A DNA stretch of 64,000 nucleotides from Marinoscillum sp. (lineage in GTDB: Bacteria > Bacteroidota > Bacteroidia > Cytophagales > Cyclobacteriaceae). The position numbers and the translations under genes are program-made. The first letter of the stretch is position 1. Every line of letters begins with the position of its first letter. Shown here in pieces: positions 19,126 to 29,921 of the stretch. The notes beneath the pieces were generated by a model that was not told the origin of the DNA, made no database searches, and saw nothing but the letters and a program-made list of their open reading frames with translations. The DNA lies in assembly GCF_040222955.1 (NCBI RefSeq), contig NZ_JAVKCA010000010.1, forward strand, positions 62,239 through 126,238, written 5' to 3'.

Positions 19126-22100
19126 ATGAAAACAAAACACATTTCCCTCCTCACACTCCTGAGCCTCCTCTTTGCCTGCGGTGGCGACCAAACAGGGTCA
19201 TCCGGCACCATTGTCAATGACTCCCGCTTTGGCGAATACATCAGTGGCTACACCAGTGGCACCATCTCGCATAAAGACAACATCAATGTACAGTTCACCG
19301 ATATCGTACCGCTCCCTGATAACCCTGACCTGAAAACACTTTTTTCCATTTCACCCTCCATCAAAGGAACCATTGTGAAAACAGGTCCACATGCCCTCAC
19401 GATTTCCCCGGAAGAGCCTTTGAAATCGGGACAAAAATTTGTATTCACACTCAAGCTCAATGAACTCTTAGAAGTACCAAAAGAGCTGGAAAAATTCAAG
19501 TTTGAAATCGCCATCATCGAGCAAAACTTTGAAGTGATCCTTGGTGAAATCCTCGCGCCGGATCCTGCTGCTCCTGATCAGTTACAGTTTGAAGGCACGG
19601 TGAATACAGCAGACTTTGCCGAAAATGAGGCGGTAGAAAAAATGATTCAGATGGACGGGAGTCTCCCCATCACCTGGCAGCATCGCAGCGGAACCTCCCA
19701 CCGATTTGCCGTCACGGGGATCACCCGCACCAAAGACTCCAAAACCATCCAAATCAATGCCAGTGGTGCGCCAATAGGCGTGAAGCGATCCGAAGACCTG
19801 CGAATGGAAGTCCCCTCTCAGGCGGTATTTTCGATGATTTCCACCAAAGTAGACAACTCCGGAGACCCCTTTGTAGCCATCTATTTTTCTGACCCTCTGG
19901 ACCCTGCTCAGAGTCTTGCCGGGCTCATCAGCCTGGAGGGTGTTCAAAACCCCGGAATGGTCATAGCCGGTAATCAGGTAAAAGTGTATGTCCCTCAAAA
20001 CATGACCGGCAGCAAAAAGCTGCAAATCTTCGAGGGCATCAAAAATTCCAAAGGTCAGGTACTGGGCAAAACCACCACCAGCTACATTCCTTTCGAACCA
20101 GAAAAACCACAGCTACGACTGGTCGGAAATGGCACTATTTTGCCATCTACGTCAGGGCTGGTACTGCCCTTTGAATCCGTCAATCTCAAGGCCGTACAGG
20201 TAGAAGTAGTGAAGATTTTTGAAGCCAATATGCCTGCCTTTTTTCAGGTAAACAATCTGTCTGGTGAGGATCAGATTAACCGGGTCGGCCGAAAGGTCAT
20301 GAGCCGGAAGGTTGACCTTTCGGCCAAGGCCGAGGACCTCAGCAGCTGGAACCGGTTTACCCTCGATTTATCCACGCTATTTGAAGCAGAAAGAGGTGCC
20401 CTGTATCAGGTAAGGATTGGCTTTCTTCCAGAATATACCAATTACCCCTGCGATCAGGTCTTTGAGTCACAAGACAATCCCTCGGAGAAGGAATCATGGA
20501 GCATTCATCAGGATGACAACTTTTACGAATGGGGTAACCTGTGGGACTACCGCTACCCAGAGGGTTATACCTGGAAGGAACGCGATAATCCATGCCACAC
20601 TTCCTACTACAATTCCAATCGCTTTGTATCTACCAGCCTGCTGGCCACAGACATTGGGCTGATCGCCAAAATAGGTGGGGACAATACCATGAAGGTGATC
20701 GCCACCAACATGACGAATGCACAACCCATTCAGGCCACCATCAAGGTCCTTGACTACCAGCTTCAGGAGATGAACTCCATCATGACCGACGCACAGGGCT
20801 TTGCCTCCGTCAAACCGGAAAGAAGGCCTTTTCTCATTGTGGCTGAAGCTCAGGGTCAGAAATCCTACCTGAAACTGGAAGACAATGAATCGCTCTCACT
20901 CAGCAATTTTGATGTGTCAGGTACCAGGGTAATCGGCAACATCAAAGGGATGGTGTATGGCGAACGCGGAGTATGGCGCCCGGGGGATGATATATTCCTG
21001 AGTTTTTTACTTGAAGACCCTGAAAAGCAGATTCCCGACAATCACCCGGTGGTGATGGAGCTGCGGGACCCCAGAGGCAACATCAAAGACAAACAGGTGG
21101 TCAATCAGGGAGTGAAAGGGCTTTATACTTTTCAGACGAAAACCAGTCCGGATGATGTAACCGGAAACTGGTGGACGACCGTCTCTGTGGGAAACAACAG
21201 CTTTTCGAAAACTGTGAAGGTAGAAACCGTAAAGCCCAATCGCCTGAAAATAAACCTGGACCTGGGCGGAGAGAACATCACGTATGAAGACCGTGCGTTA
21301 AAAGGAAAACTGAATGTCAAATGGCTGACCGGACTGACCGGAAGCAACCTCAAAGCCGAAACAGAGCTCAAACTTCTGGAAACCAACACTGTGTTTGATG
21401 GCTATGCCCAGTATGAGTTTGATGATGCCGGAAAGAGATTTTACGACGACCCCAAGCAGATATTTAGTGGCGAAGTAGACCAAAATGGTGATGCCACGAT
21501 CAACCTGCAGCTGCCCTCAAAACCCAACTCTCCCGGCGCGCTCAAAGCCATCTTCAACACCAAAGTGTTTGAGCCAGGAGCCGGTTTCAGTATCAACTCA
21601 AAAGCTGTGACCTACCTGCCTTACAGTTCTTTTGTGGGCCTGAACCTCTCTACAGCTGAGCGCGGCAGCCGCATAGAGCGCGACAAACCTCAGCAAGTGG
21701 ACCTGATCACCCTTGGATCTAATGGTCAACTGATAGACCGTACAGGTGTAGAGGTTAAAATTTACAAACTCAACTGGCGCTGGTGGTGGGATCAGGCTGA
21801 TGACTATAGCACGAACTACGTCTCTTCCAGCTATGCTGAGTTGATAGAAACCAAAAAAATCAACACCACAGCGGGCAAAGGCAAATTCAATTTCACCATC
21901 AAAAGCCCCAACTGGGGGCGGTTTATTGTGGTGGCCAAGGATCCCGTTTCCGGACATTCTTCCAGCCAGGTCTTCTACACCAGCTGGTATGGCTCATCAG
22001 GTGGCAATGCCATTGGTGCTACTTCTCTGGAAGTGAGCACGGACAAAACCGAGTACGCAGTGGGCGAAAAGGTCAATGTGACCATGCGCGGAAGCTACGA

Positions 22101-24624
22101 GGGTCAGGCGCTCATCAGTGTAGAGAATGGCAGCTCTGTCCTCCAAACCTTTTGGATCAAAACCGAAAAGGAATGGACCACTTTCACGCTGGACGTGACA
22201 CCAGATATGGCACCCAATGTCTACCTACATGCCACTTTATTGCAGCCCCACGGCCAGACCAGCAACGATCTGCCCATAAGACTCTATGGGATTGCTTCTA
22301 TTCAGGTCTATGACAAAGAAACCAGATTGGAACCCACCATCCAGATGGCGAATGAGCTGGCTCCCAACGAGTCGGTGGAAATCACGGTTTCAGAAAAAAG
22401 CGGTCAATCGATGGTCTATACACTGGCGGTGGTAGACGATGGACTGCTAGATCTTACCAATTTCAAGACACCCGCTCCATGGGATCATTTTTACAGCAAA
22501 GAAGCCATCGGGGTGAAAACCTGGGACCTGTACAACGACGTGATCGGCGCCTACGGTGGGCGCCTGGAGCGACTGCTGGCTATCGGTGGTGGTGAAGGAG
22601 GTCTGGATGACTCCAAAAAGAAAGAGGAAAACCGGTTTAAACCGGTGGTTCAGTTTATGGGACCTTTCTACCTGGAAGGGGGCCAAACCAAAAAGCATAC
22701 CTTCACCATGCCCCAATACATTGGGTCCGTGCGGACAATGGTAGTCGCCGGCTTGAACGGAGCCTATGGAAGTGCAGAAAAAACCACTCCCGTGATCAAG
22801 CCACTGATGGTGCTGGGCACACTGCCACGGGTGGTGGGTCCAGGCGAGCAGGTGAGTTTACCCGTCAATGTATTCAGGTACAAAGAGAACATCCGAAACG
22901 CCAGTATTTCTGTGGATGCTTCGGGGGTACTCAGCCTAAGGGGCTCCAACAAACAGTCCATGGAACTCAAAGAATCCAATGGGACACTGTATTTCGATTT
23001 GGCTGTAGCCGAAAAGCTGGGCGCCGGTAAAGTAACCATAACGGCTACTTCTGGTGGTGAGTCAGCTAAACACGAAATCAACATCGAATCCAGGTCACCC
23101 AATTCTCCGCAAACCATCGTACAGGTGCTACCTGTAGAAACAGGCCAGACCGTGACCCCAAATGGGAAACTGTTCGGTATGGACGGTACCAATAAAGTGA
23201 CTTTGGAGATCGCCTCCATTCCACCCATCAACCTCGAGCACAGACTGAGCTACCTCATCAGATATCCTCACGGATGCATTGAGCAGACAGTGTCTTCAGT
23301 CTTTCCGCAGCTTTTTCTCAAAAACATTACGGAATTAACAGTGGAAGAGCAGGTGAAGGTGGAGAACAATGTGAAAACCGCCATCAAGCGACTTGCTAAA
23401 TTTCAGGTGCCTACAGGCGGCCTGGGCTACTGGCCCGGGTATGACAATGCCAACAGCTGGGGTACCAGCTATGCTTATCATTTTCTCATAGAAGCCCAGA
23501 AGCAGGGGTATCTGGTGCCCAATGAACTGATCGAAAAGGTACTGAGCTATCAAAGAAATAAAGCCCGAAACTGGACCAAATCTGTAGACCAGTGGGACTC
23601 TGACCTGATACAGGCCTATCGTCTTTTTACCTTGGCACTGGCCGGATACCCGGAAATAGGTGCCATGAACAGGCTCAGGAACACTTCCGACAAGTCTGTG
23701 CAGTCCGTACATAAACTCGCTGCGGCCTATGCCATCATTGGCCAAAAGGAAGCTGCGCAAGCCCTCATGAAGGACTATGGCCGCTCATCAGTGAAGGACT
23801 ATGGATATAGCTACTATTACTACAGCTATGGCTCTTTTGAGCGGGATCTGGCCCTGTTGCTGGAGACCTATGTGTATATGGATAGCAAAGCTGAAGCTTA
23901 CAAAATCCTTCAGGAGATCTCAGAAAAGCTCTCCGGAGAGGACTGGATGAGCACCCAAACCACGGCGTATTCTTTGCTGGCAATCAGTAAATACATCACT
24001 GCCAATCAAACAGAAAAGGGAATGAAAGCCAATATTTCTTATGGAAACAAGAGCACCACATGGTCTTCAGACAAAGCCATTTACCGATCCGAATTGCCTA
24101 CAGAAGCACTTCAGTCTCTGAAGGTTGAAAACAAAGGCGGGGCGAATTTCTTCGTGACACTTTCCATCACGGGCACACCAAAGCCTGGCGATGAACCGGT
24201 CACTCAGTCTGACCTGGCGGTGAGCGTCCGCTATGTGGATCAATCCGGCAGGTCACTCTCTCCTGACAGCCTGCCACTGGGTCAGACCTTTGACGTATTG
24301 GTCACTGTGAAAAATGAATATGCCGCTGGTAGTGTCAAAGACATTGCCCTGGCACACATACTACCCTCTGGTTGGGAAATTCAGAATGACCGACTGACGG
24401 ATCAGGAAACCTCAGAATACAGCTCATTTGACTATCAGGATATTCGTGACGACAGGGTCTATACGTATTTTGACCTGAATCGCAACAGCCAGAAAGTATT
24501 CAAAGTGAGTGTGACGGCTGCCTATCCCGGTAAATATTATATGCCCGGCGTACAGGCAGAAGCAATGTACAAAGCTTCCATTTCGGCGAAAACCGCAGGA
24601 AAGTGGGTTTATGTAACCAAATAA
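19126..24624 (+). CDS. Bacterial alpha-2-macroglobulin family lipoprotein (1832 aa) with intact thioester
   Basis: Lipobox LLFACGG after a signal peptide. The thioester motif GCIEQ (in RYPHGCIEQTVSS) is present. Its large size and repeated MG-domain-like architecture match the YfhM/ECAM family. Confidence 0.9.
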   Translation: MKTKHISLLTLLSLLFACGGDQTGSSGTIVNDSRFGEYISGYTSGTISHKDNINVQFTDIVPLPDNPDLKTLFSISPSIKGTIVKTGPHALTISPEEPLKSGQKFVFTLKLNELLEVPKELEKFKFEIAIIEQNFEVILGEILAPDPAAPDQLQFEGTVNTADFAENEAVEKMIQMDGSLPITWQHRSGTSHRFAVTGITRTKDSKTIQINASGAPIGVKRSEDLRMEVPSQAVFSMISTKVDNSGDPFVAIYFSDPLDPAQSLAGLISLEGVQNPGMVIAGNQVKVYVPQNMTGSKKLQIFEGIKNSKGQVLGKTTTSYIPFEPEKPQLRLVGNGTILPSTSGLVLPFESVNLKAVQVEVVKIFEANMPAFFQVNNLSGEDQINRVGRKVMSRKVDLSAKAEDLSSWNRFTLDLSTLFEAERGALYQVRIGFLPEYTNYPCDQVFESQDNPSEKESWSIHQDDNFYEWGNLWDYRYPEGYTWKERDNPCHTSYYNSNRFVSTSLLATDIGLIAKIGGDNTMKVIATNMTNAQPIQATIKVLDYQLQEMNSIMTDAQGFASVKPERRPFLIVAEAQGQKSYLKLEDNESLSLSNFDVSGTRVIGNIKGMVYGERGVWRPGDDIFLSFLLEDPEKQIPDNHPVVMELRDPRGNIKDKQVVNQGVKGLYTFQTKTSPDDVTGNWWTTVSVGNNSFSKTVKVETVKPNRLKINLDLGGENITYEDRALKGKLNVKWLTGLTGSNLKAETELKLLETNTVFDGYAQYEFDDAGKRFYDDPKQIFSGEVDQNGDATINLQLPSKPNSPGALKAIFNTKVFEPGAGFSINSKAVTYLPYSSFVGLNLSTAERGSRIERDKPQQVDLITLGSNGQLIDRTGVEVKIYKLNWRWWWDQADDYSTNYVSSSYAELIETKKINTTAGKGKFNFTIKSPNWGRFIVVAKDPVSGHSSSQVFYTSWYGSSGGNAIGATSLEVSTDKTEYAVGEKVNVTMRGSYEGQALISVENGSSVLQTFWIKTEKEWTTFTLDVTPDMAPNVYLHATLLQPHGQTSNDLPIRLYGIASIQVYDKETRLEPTIQMANELAPNESVEITVSEKSGQSMVYTLAVVDDGLLDLTNFKTPAPWDHFYSKEAIGVKTWDLYNDVIGAYGGRLERLLAIGGGEGGLDDSKKKEENRFKPVVQFMGPFYLEGGQTKKHTFTMPQYIGSVRTMVVAGLNGAYGSAEKTTPVIKPLMVLGTLPRVVGPGEQVSLPVNVFRYKENIRNASISVDASGVLSLRGSNKQSMELKESNGTLYFDLAVAEKLGAGKVTITATSGGESAKHEINIESRSPNSPQTIVQVLPVETGQTVTPNGKLFGMDGTNKVTLEIASIPPINLEHRLSYLIRYPHGCIEQTVSSVFPQLFLKNITELTVEEQVKVENNVKTAIKRLAKFQVPTGGLGYWPGYDNANSWGTSYAYHFLIEAQKQGYLVPNELIEKVLSYQRNKARNWTKSVDQWDSDLIQAYRLFTLALAGYPEIGAMNRLRNTSDKSVQSVHKLAAAYAIIGQKEAAQALMKDYGRSSVKDYGYSYYYYSYGSFERDLALLLETYVYMDSKAEAYKILQEISEKLSGEDWMSTQTTAYSLLAISKYITANQTEKGMKANISYGNKSTTWSSDKAIYRSELPTEALQSLKVENKGGANFFVTLSITGTPKPGDEPVTQSDLAVSVRYVDQSGRSLSPDSLPLGQTFDVLVTVKNEYAAGSVKDIALAHILPSGWEIQNDRLTDQETSEYSSFDYQDIRDDRVYTYFDLNRNSQKVFKVSVTAAYPGKYYMPGVQAEAMYKASISAKTAGKWVYVTK

Positions 24625-24637
24625 TTTATCTACTCAA

Positions 24638-26956
24638 ATGCTTTCAGGCAGCGGTGATCGTCGTTCAAAATTGAAGTGGGCCATTGGGCTATCACCGCTG
24701 CTTGTTCTGGTTATCTACCTGGCCATTCCGCCCAGTCTGGGTGACAGGCCCACCTCTACGGTGCTCAACGATCGAGATGGGCACTTGCTCAGTGCATCTA
24801 TTGCGGCGGATGGGCAATGGCGATTTCCACTCTGCGATTCCGTGCCCGGAAAACTGGAACGATGCATATTGCTTTTTGAAGACGAATACTTCTACAGTCA
24901 TCCCGGAATCAATCCTTTCTCTGTATTAAGGGCCATTCGGCAAAATGTCAAGCAACAACGCATTGTCAGTGGTGCCAGTACGCTGACCATGCAGCTGGCC
25001 CGAATGCTCCAAAACAGGGAACGCACCCTCCTCCAGAAACTCCTGGAAATGGGTATCGCCCTCAGGATGGAAGTCTGGTATTCAAAAGAAGAGCTGCTAA
25101 GGCATTACACCTCTCTGGCTCCCTTCGGTGGCAATGTGGTAGGAATCGACGCTGCCTCCTGGCGATACTATGGGCGCCCCGCTCACCTCCTGAGCTGGTC
25201 AGAAAGTGCCACGCTGGCGGTACTACCCAATCAACCCGGCGCGATCTATCCTGGTACCTCCATGGAAGCACTGAGGCACAAGCGGGATTTCCTGTTGAAA
25301 AAACTCTATCAGAGCTCTGAAATTGACAGCCTTACTTATGTGCTGAGTCTGGAGGAGCCACTGCCTGACAAGCCCTTTGACATTCCACAGCAGGCACCTC
25401 ACCTTCTCACAACCATTCGTGAAAATGCTGAAGGACATACCCTGAATACAACCATTCACCCCTTTTGGCAGCAGAAAACCACGGAGGTGGCGGAGCGTAA
25501 GCACCGGTGGCTAAAATCCAATGGCATCGACAACCTGGCCGTGATCGTGGTGGATCTTCAAAATGGCAAGGTGCTTTCATACGTAGGTAACACCTCCGAT
25601 CCCACAGCTGATGGGTATCAGGTGGATGTCATCCAAAAACCCAGGAGTTCAGGCAGTATACTCAAGCCATTGCTGTATGCCAGGTCGCTGGAAAAAGGCA
25701 TTATCCTACCAAAAACCCTCCTTCCCGATGTGCCCAGCTTCTTTGGTGGATACACCCCTAAAAACTTCAACCTGGGTTATGCGGGCATGGCCAAAGCCAA
25801 TGAAGCTTTGTCCATGTCCCTGAATATCCCCTTTACCCACCTCCTGCAGGAGTATACCTACGAAGCCTTTCATCAGGACCTCCAAAAGTTCGGGATCACC
25901 ACTCTCAGTCAGCCACCGGGCCATTATGGCCTTTCCATCATTTTGGGTGGCGCAGAGGTCAAACTTTGGGATTTAGCTCAGGTGTATTTTAGCCTGTACC
26001 GAAAACTGGCCAATGAAGACAATTATCAGATCAGTTTCCTTCCCGATGCTGAAAAGATCCCTGATGTAGAACTTAGCGAAATCAACGTTTGGCACACCTT
26101 TCGGGCGATGACCGAACTCACAAGGCCTGGGGCAGATCACTCCTGGCAAAACTTCAGCTCCAGTCAATTGATCGCCTGGAAAACCGGGACAAGCTTTGGC
26201 TTTCGGGATGCCTGGGCCATCGGGCTGAATGGCAATATCCTCGTCGGTGTATGGGTAGGAAATGCCGATGGCGAAGGCCGCGCCGGACTCTCGGGCGCTT
26301 CATCCGCAGGCCCCATACTCACGGAGCTGATCCGTCTAGGGGACTACGATAACCAATGGCTCGAAAAACTCAAGCCGTTTTCATTCCCCCACCAAACCTG
26401 CACAGCCTCCGGGATGCTGGCCGGGCCCGCATGTAAACATACCGAAAACATGGACCTTGGCCCGGAGGCAGAGCGATCCGGCCTGTGTACCTATCATCAG
26501 CACCTCTGGATGGATGAAAGCCTGACGTATACCGTGAATCACTCCTGCTATGACATGCGAAAGGCTTCCCAACAATCGGTGTTTGTACTCCCACCCAAGC
26601 AGGGGTATTACTATCAAAAAAACCACTCCGACTACTCGGGAAGACCTCCTGTATTTCCGGGATGTGAACAAGGTGCCGAAGAGGTCCTGGCCATCAATTA
26701 CCCTTCGGCCAATGCCAAAATATTTATCCCCAAAGAATTGCAAGGCCAGTCCGGTGAGGTGATCCTGGAAGGTTCCCATCAGAATCCAAATGCAGAACTC
26801 TTCTGGCATCTGAACGACCAATACCTCGGCAGTACCCACGGTGAGCATAAGCAGTCCCTTCTCCTCCCACAGGGACAATACCTCATTACCATCCTGGATG
26901 CCCAGGGAAACGCTACCTCCAGAAGTTTTGAGGTGGTATCTGACCCTTCATCTTAG
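24638..26956 (+). CDS. pbpC: Penicillin-binding protein 1C (bifunctional glycosyltransferase/transpeptidase)
   Basis: N-terminal TM anchor. GT51 motifs EDEYFYSHPGINP and SGASTLTMQLAR are present. The transpeptidase SxxK motif (SSGSILKP) is present. It is 13 bp downstream of the alpha-2-macroglobulin gene. Confidence 0.9.
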   Translation: MLSGSGDRRSKLKWAIGLSPLLVLVIYLAIPPSLGDRPTSTVLNDRDGHLLSASIAADGQWRFPLCDSVPGKLERCILLFEDEYFYSHPGINPFSVLRAIRQNVKQQRIVSGASTLTMQLARMLQNRERTLLQKLLEMGIALRMEVWYSKEELLRHYTSLAPFGGNVVGIDAASWRYYGRPAHLLSWSESATLAVLPNQPGAIYPGTSMEALRHKRDFLLKKLYQSSEIDSLTYVLSLEEPLPDKPFDIPQQAPHLLTTIRENAEGHTLNTTIHPFWQQKTTEVAERKHRWLKSNGIDNLAVIVVDLQNGKVLSYVGNTSDPTADGYQVDVIQKPRSSGSILKPLLYARSLEKGIILPKTLLPDVPSFFGGYTPKNFNLGYAGMAKANEALSMSLNIPFTHLLQEYTYEAFHQDLQKFGITTLSQPPGHYGLSIILGGAEVKLWDLAQVYFSLYRKLANEDNYQISFLPDAEKIPDVELSEINVWHTFRAMTELTRPGADHSWQNFSSSQLIAWKTGTSFGFRDAWAIGLNGNILVGVWVGNADGEGRAGLSGASSAGPILTELIRLGDYDNQWLEKLKPFSFPHQTCTASGMLAGPACKHTENMDLGPEAERSGLCTYHQHLWMDESLTYTVNHSCYDMRKASQQSVFVLPPKQGYYYQKNHSDYSGRPPVFPGCEQGAEEVLAINYPSANAKIFIPKELQGQSGEVILEGSHQNPNAELFWHLNDQYLGSTHGEHKQSLLLPQGQYLITILDAQGNATSRSFEVVSDPSS

Positions 26957-26982
26957 TACCTTCGCCAGAAAAATAAGAACCA

Positions 26983-27585
26983 TTGAATATCCTCTACTTC
27001 ATAGACCTCCTCGGCACCATGGTATTTGCCATTAGCGGAGCGCTCACAGCCTTTGACAAAAAGCTGGATATCTTCGGCATCTCGGCCGTGGCTTTTATCA
27101 CGGCTCTGGGTGGCGGCACCCTGCGCGATGTGCTCCTGGGGAGCACCCCTGTCTCATGGATGCAAAATCTCAACTATCTATTCATGATCCTCCTTGGTAT
27201 TGCTATAGCCATTTTGTTCAGACAGGCCGTTCAGAAGCTCAGAAAGACCTTTTTCCTGTTTGATACCATAGGCATCGCCGTGTTCACCATTTTAGGTCTG
27301 CAAAAAGCCCTTGACTTTGGTGTCTCTCCAATCATCGGCATCATGATGGGTATGATCTCTGCGGTTTTCGGTGGAGTGATCCGGGATATTGTTTGCAATG
27401 AAATCCCACTGATCTTCCGTAAGGAAATATATGCACTCACTTGTATCGCCGGGGGCATCGTGTTCATACTCCTCGATTTTTGGGCTGTGGAGCAATTACT
27501 CAACATTCTCATCACTGCCGGATTCATTGTCTCCTTTAGGATACTGGCGGTCAGGTATCATTGGGAATTGCCCCTTTTATCATAA
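26983..27585 (+). CDS. Trimeric intracellular cation channel (TRIC)/UPF0126 family membrane protein
   Basis: Two UPF0126 repeats carry glycine-rich motifs (ALGGGTLRDVLLG and AVFGGVIRDIV). The track ORF begins at a TTG at 26983; the ATG at 27019 is an alternative start. Confidence 0.7.
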   Translation: MNILYFIDLLGTMVFAISGALTAFDKKLDIFGISAVAFITALGGGTLRDVLLGSTPVSWMQNLNYLFMILLGIAIAILFRQAVQKLRKTFFLFDTIGIAVFTILGLQKALDFGVSPIIGIMMGMISAVFGGVIRDIVCNEIPLIFRKEIYALTCIAGGIVFILLDFWAVEQLLNILITAGFIVSFRILAVRYHWELPLLS

Positions 27586-27649
27586 CTGATTCTTATTACT
27601 TTTACCCACCCAAAAAGTCAGCCCCACTTTTGATAAAAACCGAATAACT

Positions 27650-28513
27650 ATGGGCTTAAAGAACCATGCCATACTGCTGATCCACTGTACCGACCGCAAA
27701 GGTCTGATCAGCACCATTACCAACTTCCTCTTTGAACACAATGGCAACATCATTGACCTGGATGAGCATGTGGAGAAAACAGAAGGAGTGTTCTTCATGC
27801 GGGCTGAGTGGGAACTCGAAGGGTTTACCATCCCCAGAGAAGACATTCATGGCGCCTTCCAGGATAAAATAGCCAGCCGGTACGACATGGACTGGCAACT
27901 GCATTTCACGGACAAAAAGCCAAGAATGGCCGTGTTTGTCTCCAAATCTTCGCATTGCCTCTACGACATCCTGTCGCGGCACTACTCAGGTGAATGGGAA
28001 ATTGAGATTCCGGCCATCATTTCCAACCATACCGTGCATCAGACCATCGCCGAGCGTTATGACATTCCATTTTATCACTTTGAAGTCAACAAAGACAACA
28101 AACAGGAAATGGAGCAGGCCCAGCGGACCCTGCTGGCGGAACTCAACATTGACTTTTTGATTTTGGCGCGGTACATGCAGATTCTCAGTGATGATTTCAT
28201 CAATGCCTATCCGAATAAAATCATCAATATCCATCACTCCTTTCTTCCTGCATTTGCCGGTGCCAAACCATACCATCGTGCGCATGAGCGGGGGGTGAAA
28301 CTAATAGGCGCCACCAGTCACTATGTGACTGCTGACCTGGATGCCGGGCCCATATTGGAGCAGGATGTGGTGAAGATCTCTCACAAAAACTCAGTAGAAG
28401 ATCTGATCAGAAAAGGCAAAGACCTGGAAAAAATAGTGCTCTCACGAGCCATCTGGACACACCTGCAACGCAAGGCACTGGTGCACAACAACCGAACAGT
28501 GGTTTTTGATTAG
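27650..28513 (+). CDS. purU: Formyltetrahydrofolate deformylase
   Basis: N-terminal ACT domain (AILLIHCTDRKGLISTITNFL) followed by a formyl-transferase domain (INIHHSFLPAFAGAKPYHRAHERGVKLIGATSHYVTADLDAGPIL). Confidence 0.9.
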   Translation: MGLKNHAILLIHCTDRKGLISTITNFLFEHNGNIIDLDEHVEKTEGVFFMRAEWELEGFTIPREDIHGAFQDKIASRYDMDWQLHFTDKKPRMAVFVSKSSHCLYDILSRHYSGEWEIEIPAIISNHTVHQTIAERYDIPFYHFEVNKDNKQEMEQAQRTLLAELNIDFLILARYMQILSDDFINAYPNKIINIHHSFLPAFAGAKPYHRAHERGVKLIGATSHYVTADLDAGPILEQDVVKISHKNSVEDLIRKGKDLEKIVLSRAIWTHLQRKALVHNNRTVVFD

Positions 28514-28520
28514 TCCCTAA

Positions 28521-29828
28521 TCACGTAGACTGACAGTACTCCATCACGCCTTCTTTGATCAGCTGGAAGGTTTTCTCGATGATGCTTTCGTCCTCCTCCA
28601 GTAAAGTCAGTCTGAAGCCCAGCAGGTCTGATGAAAATGAGGATATCGGGACGATGCACACATTTTTGGCAGCCAGCAGGTAATACACAAATCGCTTGTC
28701 CAGCGTCATGTGATTGGCCTTCATCCAGGACTCCAGTAGCGCTTCCACCCGTGGATCCGTGATCTTGAGTGTCTGCTTTTCATTCAGCACACCCGGCTCA
28801 AAAATCATGGTATTGTAAAAAGCGCCGTTGGTCTGATTGAATTTTACATAAGGCACATCACTGAATACCTCATTCAGATAAGCACTTCGCTTCCCAATCT
28901 TGTCCCTTGTTTCCCTGATAAACTCAGGATATCGCGGGTCTTTCATGATCCTGGGAATGGACAACTGCGGAAGCTTGGTAGAGCTCACCTCTATCATCTT
29001 GGCATTGTCTATGGTCTCACACAGCCTGGTAAACTCCGTATCGCTGGTACGGTTATAATATTCCGCCCATCCACACCTGGCCCCCGGCCAGGGAAACTCC
29101 TTGGAAATGCCCTTCAGCGAAATGGCAGGTACATCCCCAATCACTTCAGCAAGTGTGCAGGTTTTGGCACCATTGTAGACGATATTCATATAGATCTCAT
29201 CACAGATCAGGAAGAGGTCAAACTCCCTGGCAATGGCCACCATCTTTTCCAGTATTTCCTTCGGATAAACCATGCCGGTTGGATTGTCCGGGTTGATGAT
29301 GAGGATACCTACGATGCTGGGGTTATACTTTACCTTATTATACAGGTCATCCATGTCCGGATACCAGCTATTATCCGGATCCAGCTTATAGGTGATCGGG
29401 TGATGGTTCGCGTGGCCAGCCTCTGCCGAACTGTGCGTGGAATAAGCAGGCGATGGCCCGATCACCCTTGACGTAGGCAGCAGGTACTGATAAATCTTCT
29501 GAATGGCGTCACCCAGTCCATTGAAAAAAGTAATGTCCTGAGGCGCTATCTGAGCACCGCCGCGCTGGTTATTCAAATCGGCCAGAAACTCCCGGGTAGA
29601 CAGCACGCCCTTTGAGTGACTATACCCGTAGGTATTGTCCTCATACAGGAGACCTGCAATAACATCCTTCATCCATGCCGGTAGCTTATGGTTTTTCTGA
29701 ATGGGGTCGCCAATGTTCTCCCACAGAATCGAATATCCAAGCTGCTCTAGCTGCTCTGCCTTCTTCACAATCCCACGAATCTCGTAAGAAAGCTCGCTAG
29801 CCCCTTCCCTAAGTAGTTTCTGTCGCAT
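28521..29828 (-). CDS. Pyridoxal-phosphate-dependent aminotransferase, class I/II (AlaA-like)
   Basis: 435 aa collinear with fold-type I aminotransferases. A conserved Lys-containing region is present (SLKGISKEFPWPGARCGW). I cannot assign the substrate. Confidence 0.75.
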   Translation of the reverse strand: MRQKLLREGASELSYEIRGIVKKAEQLEQLGYSILWENIGDPIQKNHKLPAWMKDVIAGLLYEDNTYGYSHSKGVLSTREFLADLNNQRGGAQIAPQDITFFNGLGDAIQKIYQYLLPTSRVIGPSPAYSTHSSAEAGHANHHPITYKLDPDNSWYPDMDDLYNKVKYNPSIVGILIINPDNPTGMVYPKEILEKMVAIAREFDLFLICDEIYMNIVYNGAKTCTLAEVIGDVPAISLKGISKEFPWPGARCGWAEYYNRTSDTEFTRLCETIDNAKMIEVSSTKLPQLSIPRIMKDPRYPEFIRETRDKIGKRSAYLNEVFSDVPYVKFNQTNGAFYNTMIFEPGVLNEKQTLKITDPRVEALLESWMKANHMTLDKRFVYYLLAAKNVCIVPISSFSSDLLGFRLTLLEEDESIIEKTFQLIKEGVMEYCQST

Positions 29829-29921
29829 ACGCTAAAAAAATGAAGCTACGAAGGTAGGAGAAAGTGTAGGTCTTTTGAAAATTGACGAAAGAATATTGTT
29901 TATAATTGTGAGCACACGGAA

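Noticed and set aside
26381-26878. 165-aa minus-strand ORF
   Set aside because: It is antisense inside pbpC.
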